The notes beneath the pieces are model-generated. The model saw only the letters and a program-made list of their open reading frames with translations. It was not told where the DNA came from and made no database searches. A stretch of DNA of 64,000 nucleotides from a virus. Both the position numbers and the translations under genes were made by a program. Numbering within the stretch: position 1 is the first letter of the stretch; every line of letters begins with the position of its first letter. This document shows, piece by piece, positions 1 through 9,747 of this stretch. The stretch spans positions 1,757-65,756 of the IMG/VR virus record IMGVR_UViG_3300044878_000204, one strand, 5' to 3'.

Positions 1-37
1 GGTGATTATGCCGTAGTCCGAAGACTACGGCAAGTCT

Positions 38-1539
38 TTATTTCCCGTCAATTACGGTCGCGGCAACTGCAGACTTCATCATGTTGGATCGGTGGATGCT
101 TTCGTCCAGTGTGTCTTCAGCGAGAAGGTCGTAATAAGTGACCGTATCGACGGTGCCAATCCGGTGGTTCCGGTCTTCGGACTGCATACGGTGCTCGTTG
201 TCGTCGCCACAGGTATAGTAGATGGCCGTTGTGGCAGCCGTAAGGGTGATGCCGATGCCAGCCGCTGCTGCGTGTCCGATGAAGACTTGAATGCGCCCAG
301 CTTGGAAATCGTCAATGATGCTTTCGCGAACCTCGCCAGCCTTTGTCTTGCCATAGTACAAGGCCGAAGTCACGCCGATGGAGTCAAGGTGCTCTTTGAT
401 GTGCAGAAGTTCCTGCTCATAGATGGCCCAGACGATGATCTGCGTTGATGAGTCCCGCTCAAGTATCGTATCGACCGTTGACTTGAATAGGGACATTCGA
501 GGGTTGTCTTCAGGAGCGAGCAGGACGGGCTCGCCGTAGATGTTGATGAAGCCTGATGTTACTTGCTTGAGCTTCGTTCTGGCGGCAATCGCCTCAAAAG
601 AGACGTCCTCAAGCGAGCCGTCGTTATCGAGGACGTAACTATAATCCTCTTTGATCTGGTCATAGATTTTGCGCTGGTTAGGCGAAAGTTCAAAGTTAAC
701 GACCTTATAGACCTTTGGAGGCAAGTCAAGGCATTCCTCCTTAGTTACCCGGTAAGAGTGAGGCGCAATCAACTCCGCAAGTTGATCCAAGTTCTTGAAC
801 ATCGGAATGCCTTGGTCATCCTTGGCAACTACTTGCGGGATGCCCTTGACCTTGCCGCCCAACTTCCGCATGATCGCAATCATCTGCGGCGAACCGGCGT
901 CCAAAAGAACAGAGTATTGCGCGTTGAAAGCCCGGAATGACTTTGTCCCCAAAAGGCCAGGCTTGAGGAAGTTGTATTGCATGAACAGGTCGGTTGGCGC
1001 TTTGGTAATAGGCGTGCCGGACAAGATGCGACGTGCCGTTGCCAACAACCCAAGTTCGCAAACCTTCTTTGAGCGCTTGGCATCCGGGTTCTTGATCCGC
1101 GTCGATTCATCCACGACGGCCATGCACTTAAACGCAAGCAGGAAGCGCTTGAGGGCCTCATAGCCGTTCGGGGAGTTAAGGGCCTCGATATTGATCGAGA
1201 AGACCCGCAGAGGCGCCTTGCCATCCTCGTAGTGGGTCCGATACATGCGCTCGATATCGGCCTTGGCCTTCTTGGTGTTCGGGGTGCCACGCCAGTAGAA
1301 GCAAAGCGATTCAACTTCCAAGTGAGTTGGAATCTCGCGCCGTACCCAGTTGGAGTGCACGCCGTTCGGTGCGATGACAACCAGAGCTTCGATCTTTTTG
1401 GCCGTATAGCATCGCTCGGCGTCAGCCAAAGTCAGCCATGTCTTGCCGGTGCCCTGTTCCATAAGAAAGGCAAAGTTACGTTTTCCATCTACTCGCTGCA
1501 AGCCAACTTCTTGGTGGGCCATAGCCTTAGTTTTCATTA
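38..1539 (-). CDS. SNF2-family DNA helicase/translocase
   Basis: Helicase motifs LMEQGTGKT (I), VVDESTRIKN (II) and SGTPITKAP (III, SNF2-like); start placed at MKTKAMAHQ (codon at 1537-1539), which overlaps the upstream gene stop; the ORF itself extends to 1708. Confidence 0.8.
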
Positions 1540-1959
1540 TAGCGTACTCAAGTATTCGATGATCGGATCTTTGCCGATGGCAACCAGCGGGCTGGCTATG
1601 GAGGTGTTCATGAGTTGCTCTTTGGTGTACTTCTCTAAGTCCGTGAACGGCTTGAGCAAGTAGTATATCGCGCCAACTCTCAGCAGAACAAATGCGTGAC
1701 CGTTCCACCCAGTTCGATGCGCGGCCATAAACGCAAGTTGTCCCTTTTCAAACTTGCCGTTGAGCGGGCAGGTAGTAGCGCGCTTTGGCCACTCCAATAA
1801 AGCCTTCAACTCCAACCAGAATACCGCGCCACTTCGGTTGGTTCCGAGTACATCCGGCATGCCCTGGCCCAATTGATTCTCGATGCGCTCCAACTTCAAC
1901 TTGCCTGCGCACCCACCCTTGAAAGAGTCGTAGGCAAGTTGTTCTTTGAACTTGGCCAT
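1537..1959 (-). CDS. VRR-NUC domain nuclease (partner of the SNF2 helicase)
   Basis: Motif GMPDVLG...GAVFWLELKA matches the VRR-NUC PD-(D/E)xK signature; translationally coupled to the downstream SNF2 gene. Confidence 0.6.
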   Translation of the reverse strand: MAKFKEQLAYDSFKGGCAGKLKLERIENQLGQGMPDVLGTNRSGAVFWLELKALLEWPKRATTCPLNGKFEKGQLAFMAAHRTGWNGHAFVLLRVGAIYYLLKPFTDLEKYTKEQLMNTSIASPLVAIGKDPIIEYLSTL

Positions 1960-1962
1960 TTA

Positions 1963-4944
1963 TTATCCTTGAGCGTTCTGGAATTTATCGACGTTATTGG
2001 CGTGCACCTCTTCTGCAGCTTGCTCTTTGACTTCGGCCTTGGCTGCAGCTTCCTCCTCAAGCACTTTATTGATTCGTTCTTGGGAAACTTCCTCTGTCAG
2101 GTCAAGTTGTTTGATGTTCTTGACGATGAACATGCCGATGTCGCGCAGCTTCCAACCTTTCACCAAGAACCACGAGCCATTCGCGGCACCTTCCGCAATC
2201 GGCTTGCCCATAGTCACGAACTTGTCCGGACGGATACGGAACCGCATAGGCGAGTCGCAACTGTCGTCAACCATCATCAGGTCAACGAACTGGGTCGGAC
2301 CTTTCTTGGTCTTCCCGCCACGCTTCTTGACGCGGATGGCTTCGTTTTCGTCGGCCAGAACCTTCTTGGTAAGCTTGCAGATAACAAGTCCATCGTCACC
2401 GTCTTTGACTTCTGCCATGCCAAGAATCGGATTGCCAGAAGTCACACCGATCAACCGTGGGTTTTCGTAGAAGTGACCCCATTTGGTGTGGGCTTCTGCC
2501 AGGTCGGCAAACTTCTTCTCGGCCTTTTCCAGACCTGCTGCGGCAGTTTGGAAAGCCTTCTCGGCCTTTTCCGACTCGCCACGGGACTCGCGAAGGGTGA
2601 TGTACTTGAGGGCCTTGACCGGACCGAAGCCTTTGGCGTTCATGATCCCGCCGACCAACCGACCGTTCACGGCTTGCCAGTTCAACCCAGAGTGCTCAGG
2701 GTCGATTGCCGTGTATGCCACACCCTCTTTGTTTAGCTCACGAAGGATTGCGATGGTCTGCTCATCATCCTTGGCCGTACGCATGCACGCTGCCGCGAAC
2801 TCCAACTTGTGGTAGTGCTTGAGCCAGCAGGTCCAGTAGGTTACGACAGCGTACGACACGGAGTGAGACTTGTTGAAGCCCCAAGAACCGAACGTTACCA
2901 TTTCGTTCCAGATCTTCTCAGCCTGGTCCTTCGGCACGCCTTGAGAGGTGGCGCCCGCAACAAAGTCGGCGCCCATCACGTTGAAGTATTCTTCACCCTT
3001 ACGGCCAGACATAGCCTTACGAACGGCAGACGTCTTGACCCAGTCAAACAGACCGATTTCCTTTACCACGGACATGATCTGTTCTTGGTAAAGGAATACG
3101 CCGTAAGTATCCTTGAGGTACTTCTCAAGCTGCGGCACGTCGTACGTGACATCCTCGTCACCACGAGCACGGGCGATGTACTTCTGGGCCATACCAGACG
3201 CCAGAGGACCGGGGCGGGCCAGCGCCGTCAAGTTGTCGATCTTGGAGAAGCTGTCCACGTTTACGGAGCGCGCAACCGACCGAACGGCATCGCCTTCGAA
3301 CTGGAAAATGCCACTTACTTTGTCGCTGTTGATGATTTCGAATACGGCTGCGTCATCGAACTTCAAGGCATAGAGTTCTTCGGCGGTCACGACGCCGGAA
3401 TCCTCAATAATGCCAAGCGTACGAAGACCCAAGGCGTCGATCTTCAGCAGGTTCAAGTATTCCGAATCCGGCTTATCGATCTGCGCCACGCCCTCTGCGT
3501 TGACGGTGCAGAAGTCGGTGATAGGCTCGTTACACACCAGGATGGCCGCTGCGTGCACGCCGGTGTGGCTAGGGTGGATCTCAAGGTCACCCATACAGGT
3601 CGCGGCAGCAGGGTACTTCTCGCGGAAGTTCTGGCCAGGATTTGTTCCTTCAAAGGTGTCTTGAAGGCCCTTGCCGTAACGGGCGTCACCGGATGAATAT
3701 TCAATCAACGCGTTCTTTACAGAGAACGTTTCGTTTTGAGGGATCAAGAACTTTTTGCCGACCTGCGCCATAACCGACGCGGCCTTCAACGTGTTGATGT
3801 TTCCCATCTTCGATACGTGCGCCAGGCCGTACTTCTCCTGCATGTATTCGAACACCAGATGGCGCTTTGTATCGTTGAAGTCAATATCGATATCCGGGAG
3901 GTCGGCGCGGCTGATGTCGATAAAACGCTGAAACAGAAGGTCGAACGGCATCGGGTCCACTTCTGTGATGCCGAGCACGTAACAGACCAAGGAACCAGCC
4001 GCAGAGCCACGAGCCGGACCTACCAGCATCTTGGTCTTCGCGTACGCCACCAAGTCGGCAACCACCAGAAAGTAGCTGTCAAACTCTTTGGCTTGGATTT
4101 GGGCGATTTCCTCTACAAACCGTTCCTCATAGGCATCGGTCCACTCGGCGATGTGGCCACGGTCAAGACGGCTCTTCTGGCCGACGCGAGCAAGCGCGAT
4201 CAGGTCGCCTTCCATCTTGATGAGAGGGGCTTTGTTGAGCTTGATTCCGGCCAACTCTGTCTCGATGAGATAGGCATTGGCGATTGCGCCTTGGATTTCT
4301 TCGTCGGTCATTACGTGACGTAGAGTATCGTACATGACATCGTATGTTTCAATCGTACGGATGCCTTGAGAGTCACGCACTTCCCACGCATAGGCGAAGT
4401 TCTTGTGTTTTTCTGACGGCATATCGTTGTAGCCGGTTAATACCAGCGGCTTGCCCGTCTCGCGATGGCGCTTAACACCCTCGGCGGCCAGTAGCAGCGA
4501 CGATGGGTTGATATCGATATAATCGAACGCCTCATCAGGCAACGCGCCCAGAGCACCACCTGAGAAGCGTATAATGCCTTTGGCCCGTCGAAGTTCGGAC
4601 GGCATCAAGCCCTTGTTCTGAATGCAGAAAGACGTTGTGGTGTAGAATGAACGAAGGTCTTTGGCCAAGATCCAGGCCTTTGGCGTGAACTTGGATTTCT
4701 CGCCTTCCTCGTCAATCGTGATGATCGGGACTTCCATGCCAAAGATCGGCTGGATGCCGTGTTTTGCCGCTTCCCGTTCAAACTTGACGTGGCCCCAAGT
4801 TCCGGAATCGACGATGGCCGCAGACTTGGCGCCGACTTCAACCAGCCGTTCGAATACTTCAGGCATACGGCCATAAACGTCGCGATAGGTAAACCCGGTG
4901 CGAACGCGAAGTTGCGGGAATGCCTCTGGATTAATTGAATGCAT
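1963..4944 (-). CDS. DNA polymerase III alpha (DnaE)-family replicative polymerase, ~990 aa, without the C-terminal OB/tau-binding region
   Basis: N-terminal PHP-like region; GPARGSAAGSLVCYVLGITEVDP, DIDIDF, YQEQIMSVV and FGSWGFNKSHSVSYAVVTYWTCWLKHYH align with DnaE palm/fingers motifs; start at MHSINPEAF. Confidence 0.9.
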   Translation of the reverse strand: MHSINPEAFPQLRVRTGFTYRDVYGRMPEVFERLVEVGAKSAAIVDSGTWGHVKFEREAAKHGIQPIFGMEVPIITIDEEGEKSKFTPKAWILAKDLRSFYTTTSFCIQNKGLMPSELRRAKGIIRFSGGALGALPDEAFDYIDINPSSLLLAAEGVKRHRETGKPLVLTGYNDMPSEKHKNFAYAWEVRDSQGIRTIETYDVMYDTLRHVMTDEEIQGAIANAYLIETELAGIKLNKAPLIKMEGDLIALARVGQKSRLDRGHIAEWTDAYEERFVEEIAQIQAKEFDSYFLVVADLVAYAKTKMLVGPARGSAAGSLVCYVLGITEVDPMPFDLLFQRFIDISRADLPDIDIDFNDTKRHLVFEYMQEKYGLAHVSKMGNINTLKAASVMAQVGKKFLIPQNETFSVKNALIEYSSGDARYGKGLQDTFEGTNPGQNFREKYPAAATCMGDLEIHPSHTGVHAAAILVCNEPITDFCTVNAEGVAQIDKPDSEYLNLLKIDALGLRTLGIIEDSGVVTAEELYALKFDDAAVFEIINSDKVSGIFQFEGDAVRSVARSVNVDSFSKIDNLTALARPGPLASGMAQKYIARARGDEDVTYDVPQLEKYLKDTYGVFLYQEQIMSVVKEIGLFDWVKTSAVRKAMSGRKGEEYFNVMGADFVAGATSQGVPKDQAEKIWNEMVTFGSWGFNKSHSVSYAVVTYWTCWLKHYHKLEFAAACMRTAKDDEQTIAILRELNKEGVAYTAIDPEHSGLNWQAVNGRLVGGIMNAKGFGPVKALKYITLRESRGESEKAEKAFQTAAAGLEKAEKKFADLAEAHTKWGHFYENPRLIGVTSGNPILGMAEVKDGDDGLVICKLTKKVLADENEAIRVKKRGGKTKKGPTQFVDLMMVDDSCDSPMRFRIRPDKFVTMGKPIAEGAANGSWFLVKGWKLRDIGMFIVKNIKQLDLTEEVSQERINKVLEEEAAAKAEVKEQAAEEVHANNVDKFQNAQG

Positions 4945-5488
4945 CGTAAACCCCCAACTTGCCACAAAGTTCGTGAAGTAACGTGATGTCGTCCATCGCC
5001 CGGTGTTTCTGAACGTAAGGACCGCAATACATCTCGTACAAGTCCTGCAACTTCATTCGGCGACCGAACTGGTGCATGGTCTGTTCGACGGTGCAGCACG
5101 GAATGGATGGATAGTTGCCAAGTTCCTGTCCGGCACGACGGAACTCGTACATCAACAAAGACTTATCGAATGACAAGTTATGCGCGACGGCCACGTCAGC
5201 AACGCCCCAGAACTTTTCCAGTTCATCGATGAAGTCCATAAAGAATGGCTTATCATCCAAATCGGCGTTTGTGAGTCCGGTGATCTTTGTAATAATTTCT
5301 TCAAGCGCAATTCCGGGGTTGCACATGAATTCGAACTGGTCCAGAACTTCGACCCCATCCGTAATTATGCCGGCAAATTCGATGACTCGCGGCTGCAGAC
5401 CAATACTGGCCTCTGGATGGACGGTAAGTCCTGTCGTCTCGGTATCGTGCACCAAGAATTTTTTACGGGGAGGAATAAAGACGGCCAT
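4931..5488 (-). CDS. DnaQ-like 3'-5' proofreading exonuclease (epsilon-like)
   Basis: Exo I DTETTG, Exo II HNLSFD, Exo III HRAMDD; overlaps the polymerase start by 14 nt. Confidence 0.85.
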   Translation of the reverse strand: MAVFIPPRKKFLVHDTETTGLTVHPEASIGLQPRVIEFAGIITDGVEVLDQFEFMCNPGIALEEIITKITGLTNADLDDKPFFMDFIDELEKFWGVADVAVAHNLSFDKSLLMYEFRRAGQELGNYPSIPCCTVEQTMHQFGRRMKLQDLYEMYCGPYVQKHRAMDDITLLHELCGKLGVYDAFN

Positions 5489-5551
5489 ATTGGCACCTTT
5501 CTTTGGTCATTAAAAAGCGCCCATATAGAGCGCTTCGTTGACTTGCTTTTG

Positions 5552-6070
5552 TTACAGCGGAGTGCCGTCAACGTTCAGACGGACGATGAACTTCAGATCG
5601 ACGCCGATTAGGTCACGGGTATCGAAAATTACATAGTTGTAGCGGCGCGAATCGGCGATGTGCGCGTTGGTGTGGGACTGGGTGACAACTTCCTGGGCTA
5701 CTGCAATTTCTTGCTCATGGAAGAACAGGCGGTATTCTTGCAACTCTGCCGCTGTAACGTGCATGCCGAGGTGGCTGACAGAGTTACGGGCGGATTCGTT
5801 CAACTCCATCCAGTTGGGGCCTTTGGTGTATTCCAACACCTCCAGCTCCAGAGGCTTGTCGGCGTGGTGGTCGCCACCGTTACCGGCTTGGTAATTGAAG
5901 TGCAGGTTGGCGGTGTTTTCATCGGTGTCGCCGAACACTTCGCCTTTGGCAACGACAGTATCAACAACCCAGTCATTCAAGCCCAACTTGGACAGAAGTG
6001 CCTTGGCTGCCGGGGTGTCGGCAACTACCAGAGCGATTTGTTCGATTTGGAATCGGCGTACAGTTTGCAT
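5552..6070 (-). CDS. Hypothetical protein, possibly VOC/glyoxalase-like fold
   Basis: 172-aa ORF in operon context; His/Glu-rich beta-strand pattern; no firm motif. Confidence 0.4.
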   Translation of the reverse strand: MQTVRRFQIEQIALVVADTPAAKALLSKLGLNDWVVDTVVAKGEVFGDTDENTANLHFNYQAGNGGDHHADKPLELEVLEYTKGPNWMELNESARNSVSHLGMHVTAAELQEYRLFFHEQEIAVAQEVVTQSHTNAHIADSRRYNYVIFDTRDLIGVDLKFIVRLNVDGTPL

Positions 6071-6129
6071 ATATAACTTCCTGAAGTTGAACTAGTATTA
6101 TTGACTAACTTTAATCGGCAGGCAACAAC

Positions 6130-6801
6130 TTACTTGCCGAATGGAATGTCAGTTCCGCCCATGTACTTCCAGGCGCCGGTTTGCAGGATGTTGGAGATGA
6201 ACTGGCCAATCTGCTCTGGCGGCGTTTCGAGGCCGTGGACAAGCGACTTGCTTTGATACTCTTTCGCATATTCCGCCGTCCAGCCGCGAGTGGCGATTAC
6301 GTTTGCTTCTATCTGCTTCGACATCTCGGTGCCTTCCAACTTGTTCGGCGAGATGGAAAAGACTGTCAAACCGTGAGACTTCGAAAGCTCGTGAGACATC
6401 TGCTTGGTAATCATCAACGCGGCGGCCTTCGACGCGTTGTAAGCCAGGCTGGAGGTCATCGGCATATGGGCCGCGTTCGACACGATGTTGATCACGAAGC
6501 CTTTGGAGGCGGTGAGTTGAGGCAGAACGTGCTGCGTCATATAAACCATCGAGAAAGCGTTGACCTGCATCAGGCGGTCGAGGCTGTCGTGGTGGATGTC
6601 GGCGAACCACTCGTTGTGGTTGATACCAGCACAGTTGATCAGGCCGTCAAGCGTTTCAAGCTCGCTGACCCAACTGTCTGGATACACGACATCTTCGCCG
6701 TTTGCGAGGTCGTAGCCGATGACGTCGTGACCCATGCTGGACAGAGCGGTGAAGATGGCCAAACCAAGGCCGTGAGACGAACCAGTTACAAGAATGCGCA
6801 T
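6130..6801 (-). CDS. Short-chain dehydrogenase/reductase (SDR)
   Basis: N-terminal Rossmann motif VTGSSHGLGLAI and catalytic YNASK (YxxxK); start taken at MRILVTG; ORF extends to 6873. Confidence 0.8.
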   Translation of the reverse strand: MRILVTGSSHGLGLAIFTALSSMGHDVIGYDLANGEDVVYPDSWVSELETLDGLINCAGINHNEWFADIHHDSLDRLMQVNAFSMVYMTQHVLPQLTASKGFVINIVSNAAHMPMTSSLAYNASKAAALMITKQMSHELSKSHGLTVFSISPNKLEGTEMSKQIEANVIATRGWTAEYAKEYQSKSLVHGLETPPEQIGQFISNILQTGAWKYMGGTDIPFGK

Positions 6802-6808
6802 GCGAACC

Positions 6809-7705
6809 TCAATTAACTTTAATGGAATGGGAACCAACCAGACGCTCGCACATAGCGGAGTAAATCGCGTCATCGTGGATGGAGTCTTCGTGAGTCAAAC
6901 CGCTCTTTACAAAGCGAGTCAACTTTACAATCTTCAGCTCGAAAAGATGCCACATGTGAAAGTCAGCAGGAGTCGTCAGGCTGACGCCATTAGGGAACAT
7001 CAGCGCCATGATCTGGCCGACCAACTCAGCATTGTCTTTATAGATGGCATTCCGCTCTTTGAACGTAGCACCCATCTCCAGCATGATGTCGCCTGCATCG
7101 CGCTCGGGGCGTCGAAGAGACGGAACGGCAGCCACGTCTGGAGACATCATTTGAACAGGGCCATCCGCCACGGCGCAGACCACGCCATGCGGCAGCTCAA
7201 CGGTCAGTTTTGGTTGCAACCCGTTCAAGTCAAGCACGCTCGCGGCAATACCCAACTCACCGTACATGGCCACGATGTCTTGGCGGTCGTCGTACGCGGC
7301 CGCCACTGGCACGCCTTGAATCGCCGCGCCTTCGAGGATTTGCAAGGCGTACTTACGCTTCAAATCCACAGTCGCGATTGAGTCGCCATCCGGACGGGTC
7401 ATGATTTGGAAATGGATCTCAGCCTTGTGCTTCCGGTTGAAGACCTCTTTGATTTTCTCGCAGGACATTTGCCCGACTGAGGTTGGGCGCGAGGTGCTGA
7501 AAATGATTTGATAGCCGTTATCGGCATACCAGAAGATGAGATCACGCGACAGGCCGATAACGTCATCATCCATCAGACCGCTGTGGTAGTGGCTGTATGC
7601 GTTCTGGTCCTTCGTGCCTTTCTTTGGAAGACGGTCGCGACGCCACCCATCATCGAACACGCAGCCGTCCAGGTCGAAAATGGCAACACCTTTATATTCA
7701 TGCAT
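6809..7705 (-). CDS. HAD-superfamily phosphatase (nucleotidase-like) with a C-terminal all-alpha domain
   Basis: HAD motif I IFDLDGCVFDD near the N-terminus; C-terminal ~120 aa helical region with acidic motifs (HEDSIHDDAIY); start overlaps the ThyX stop (TAATG). Confidence 0.55.
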   Translation of the reverse strand: MHEYKGVAIFDLDGCVFDDGWRRDRLPKKGTKDQNAYSHYHSGLMDDDVIGLSRDLIFWYADNGYQIIFSTSRPTSVGQMSCEKIKEVFNRKHKAEIHFQIMTRPDGDSIATVDLKRKYALQILEGAAIQGVPVAAAYDDRQDIVAMYGELGIAASVLDLNGLQPKLTVELPHGVVCAVADGPVQMMSPDVAAVPSLRRPERDAGDIMLEMGATFKERNAIYKDNAELVGQIMALMFPNGVSLTTPADFHMWHLFELKIVKLTRFVKSGLTHEDSIHDDAIYSAMCERLVGSHSIKVN

Positions 7706-8550
7706 TACATCGACTTCCCGTTGTGAGCGATTGGGTTTGCTTCGGCCTTGCCAGAAGACCAGAATACTTTACGAAGTTCTTCGCGCTCTTTGGAAAGATC
7801 CATCCAGCTGCGATAGAACGGACATTGGTATTTAGGAGGGCTCCAGATGCCTTTTGACATGGATGGATCAACAGGAGTTTCTGTCACCACCTTCCCGCCC
7901 CAACGAGGGAACGCGCATTGGCCGGTGGATACGCAGGCGACCTGCAATAGCGAATCGGTCCACGGGTGCTGTTCTAACACCAGCTCGCGAATCAACCGAT
8001 AGGCATCCTGGTACTCGCCTTGGGTACGGGCGCAAAGGCGGTTCTTGGCCATATCGCTAAGCGTACGAAGGTTGAATTTCGCTTGGATCTTGGTCGCCAT
8101 GTTCGAAGGGCAAACGGCACGAGCGTCTTGAAGATCGGCACCCGCCGCGAGAAGGCCCTTATAGTGCGCGTCGGCGTCGGCCATCGCGTCATACCAGCGC
8201 ATTGCGAGTTCGCTAGGTTCGCCGTCTGGATCGTCCGTCTTCTGGAACGCTTCCGGCATCACGGTCGCGGCCATTACGTCGATTTCCAGAGCGCGGCTGG
8301 TTTCCTGTTGATAGGCGCCGGTACGGGTTCGAACGAGTTGGTGGGTGAAGTTCTTGCTCACGCCTTCGATTTCGAAGATGTAATCAACAAACTCGAAAGG
8401 CGATTTGATCGTATCGAGCATATACGCCCAATGGTCGCGCTTTTCATCCTCGGTCATAGTGGCCGGGTCTTGGCCGCGCATACGGGCGGACTTGGTGCCA
8501 AGGAGAAGTTCCAAGGCGTTTGGAGTGTGGCTGATGAGCTTGATTTTCAT
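7705..8550 (-). CDS. thyX: Flavin-dependent thymidylate synthase ThyX homologue with a variant RTR-X8-S motif
   Basis: N-terminus MKIKLISHTPNALELLLG is ThyX-like; LVRTRTGAYQQETSRAL aligns with the ThyX signature RHR-X7-8-S, with His replaced by Thr. Confidence 0.7.
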   Translation of the reverse strand: MKIKLISHTPNALELLLGTKSARMRGQDPATMTEDEKRDHWAYMLDTIKSPFEFVDYIFEIEGVSKNFTHQLVRTRTGAYQQETSRALEIDVMAATVMPEAFQKTDDPDGEPSELAMRWYDAMADADAHYKGLLAAGADLQDARAVCPSNMATKIQAKFNLRTLSDMAKNRLCARTQGEYQDAYRLIRELVLEQHPWTDSLLQVACVSTGQCAFPRWGGKVVTETPVDPSMSKGIWSPPKYQCPFYRSWMDLSKEREELRKVFWSSGKAEANPIAHNGKSM

Positions 8551-8551
8551 G

Positions 8552-8770
8552 TTACTTGACCTTTTCGATGAAATCGAATTTCTGCGCTATGTGTTTGACG
8601 ACCTCATCAGCGTCGGCTTGCGAAAGCATCAACCCTGAGTCAAGCCACTCGGTGACCATTTCGTTCAGCGCTTCTTTCGCCAACTGCTTTTCGTGCGCCT
8701 CTGCGATCATCAGCGTCGGATGGACGCTCATATCGGTGCAACGCCACGCGGTTACAGACTTAACTGTCAT
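8552..8770 (-). CDS. Hypothetical small protein
   Basis: 72-aa ORF from MTVKS, coupled to neighbouring genes. Confidence 0.35.
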   Translation of the reverse strand: MTVKSVTAWRCTDMSVHPTLMIAEAHEKQLAKEALNEMVTEWLDSGLMLSQADADEVVKHIAQKFDFIEKVK

Positions 8771-8771
8771 T

Positions 8772-8987
8772 TCAGACTCGCTGGACGCTATCGGCGTCGG
8801 TTCGTGGACGGTAGATTTCGTACGACAGCGCAAGCGGATAAAGACGCTCAGCGATGCCAAACGCTTCGAAGGCGTTGATTGAGTCGTTGAAGCGAACCAC
8901 TTCAGTTTCCTGAGTGATGTATGCAGGCTCGCCAGTAGTTGGCACGACTATGCTGCGGGTCAATACGGCAAGGATAGCAATAGGCAT
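8772..8987 (-). CDS. Hypothetical small protein
   Basis: Start MPIAILAV overlaps the upstream stop (ATGA). Confidence 0.35.
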   Translation of the reverse strand: MPIAILAVLTRSIVVPTTGEPAYITQETEVVRFNDSINAFEAFGIAERLYPLALSYEIYRPRTDADSVQRV

Positions 8988-9199
8988 TATTGGTATCCCA
9001 GAATCGCGCAAATTTCGTTCTCCAGCTCGACATCGTCAGGCTGGCCTTCGTCCAAGCCGGGAAGCTCGGCGTTTTGGTACAAGCCACGAAGGGCCTTGAC
9101 CGCACGGTCGGCGCGGCCAGTTTCGAGGTCCAGATTGGTTTCCAGACGCTCCACCTTGTTGCGAAGCGCTTCGACTTCAGCGACGGTTGCGCGTGCCAT
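8987..9199 (-). CDS. Small coiled-coil protein
   Basis: 70 aa; RBS GGAG 6 nt upstream of the ATG; heptad-like AEVEALRNKVERLETNLDLE. Confidence 0.45.
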   Translation of the reverse strand: MARATVAEVEALRNKVERLETNLDLETGRADRAVKALRGLYQNAELPGLDEGQPDDVELENEICAILGYQ

Positions 9200-9216
9200 A
9201 GTAGTTCTCCAAGGAG

Positions 9217-9254
9217 GTTGGGCCCGAAGGCCCGGTTGGGCCCGAAGGCCCGGT
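9217..9254. repeat. Two tandem identical hairpins, GGGCCCGAAGGCCC x2
   Basis: ggttGGGCCCGAAGGCCCggttGGGCCCGAAGGCCCggtttgg between two minus-strand genes, immediately upstream of a GGAG RBS. Confidence 0.8.
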
Positions 9255-9258
9255 TTGG

Positions 9259-9651
9259 TTAGATTTCAACAAGGCCGTAGTAGCCTTCACGGACCATATA
9301 GAAGCCAAGGCGCTGGCCGTTCATGGTGACGATCTGGCCAGGCTTAAGGAGGTAGAGGGTGTATTGAGGGCGGTCGTGCGATACGATTGACGCGCCACAG
9401 TTATTCACCCAGTACAACTCTTCACCAAGCGATTTGGCTTTGGCGATTCGCGGCGCCGGGTCTTCGTTGTACTTCTCGGCGTAGTAGGCGACGCAGGATG
9501 GCGCCACTTCAGGATACAGATTGCCGTGATGCAGAGTCTCTTTGGAGACGCAAAACCGGAAGCCACCTTCAAGCATCTCGCGGCTCATGTCAATAACCGG
9601 CAGTTCAAGGTCAACAACTTCAAAGGCCGGGAAGTTCGCGATAGTTTTCAT
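9259..9651 (-). CDS. Hypothetical protein (130 aa)
   Basis: ORF preceded by an early-type promoter at 9694-9721; no recognisable motif. Confidence 0.5.
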   Translation of the reverse strand: MKTIANFPAFEVVDLELPVIDMSREMLEGGFRFCVSKETLHHGNLYPEVAPSCVAYYAEKYNEDPAPRIAKAKSLGEELYWVNNCGASIVSHDRPQYTLYLLKPGQIVTMNGQRLGFYMVREGYYGLVEI

Positions 9652-9693
9652 TCTGTCATTCTCCAGAGCGGTTAGGTTTGCGTTTCAATGAGG

Positions 9694-9721
9694 TGATTCT
9701 ACGCCTAGCAAAAATGCCGTC
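9694..9721 (-). promoter_or_regulatory. Early-type promoter TTGACG-16-TAGAAT plus a leader variant
   Basis: Minus-strand tgaaatagtgcTTGACGgcatttttgctaggcgTAGAATcaCCTCATTGAAACG. Confidence 0.6.
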
Positions 9722-9747
9722 AAGCACTATTTCAATGTAAATTGAAA

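Noticed and set aside
1873-4323. Long plus-strand ORFs (1873-2736, 2809-3696, 3736-4323 and others) antisense to the DnaE-like gene
   Set aside because: They lie entirely inside a 1000-aa ORF with unmistakable DnaE motifs. GC-rich antisense frames are commonly open, and no RBS or motif support was seen.
6809-7705. Calling the C-terminal domain of the HAD phosphatase a second MazG enzyme
   Set aside because: Only loose acidic helical motifs are visible, which is insufficient, so it is left as an all-alpha domain of unknown function.
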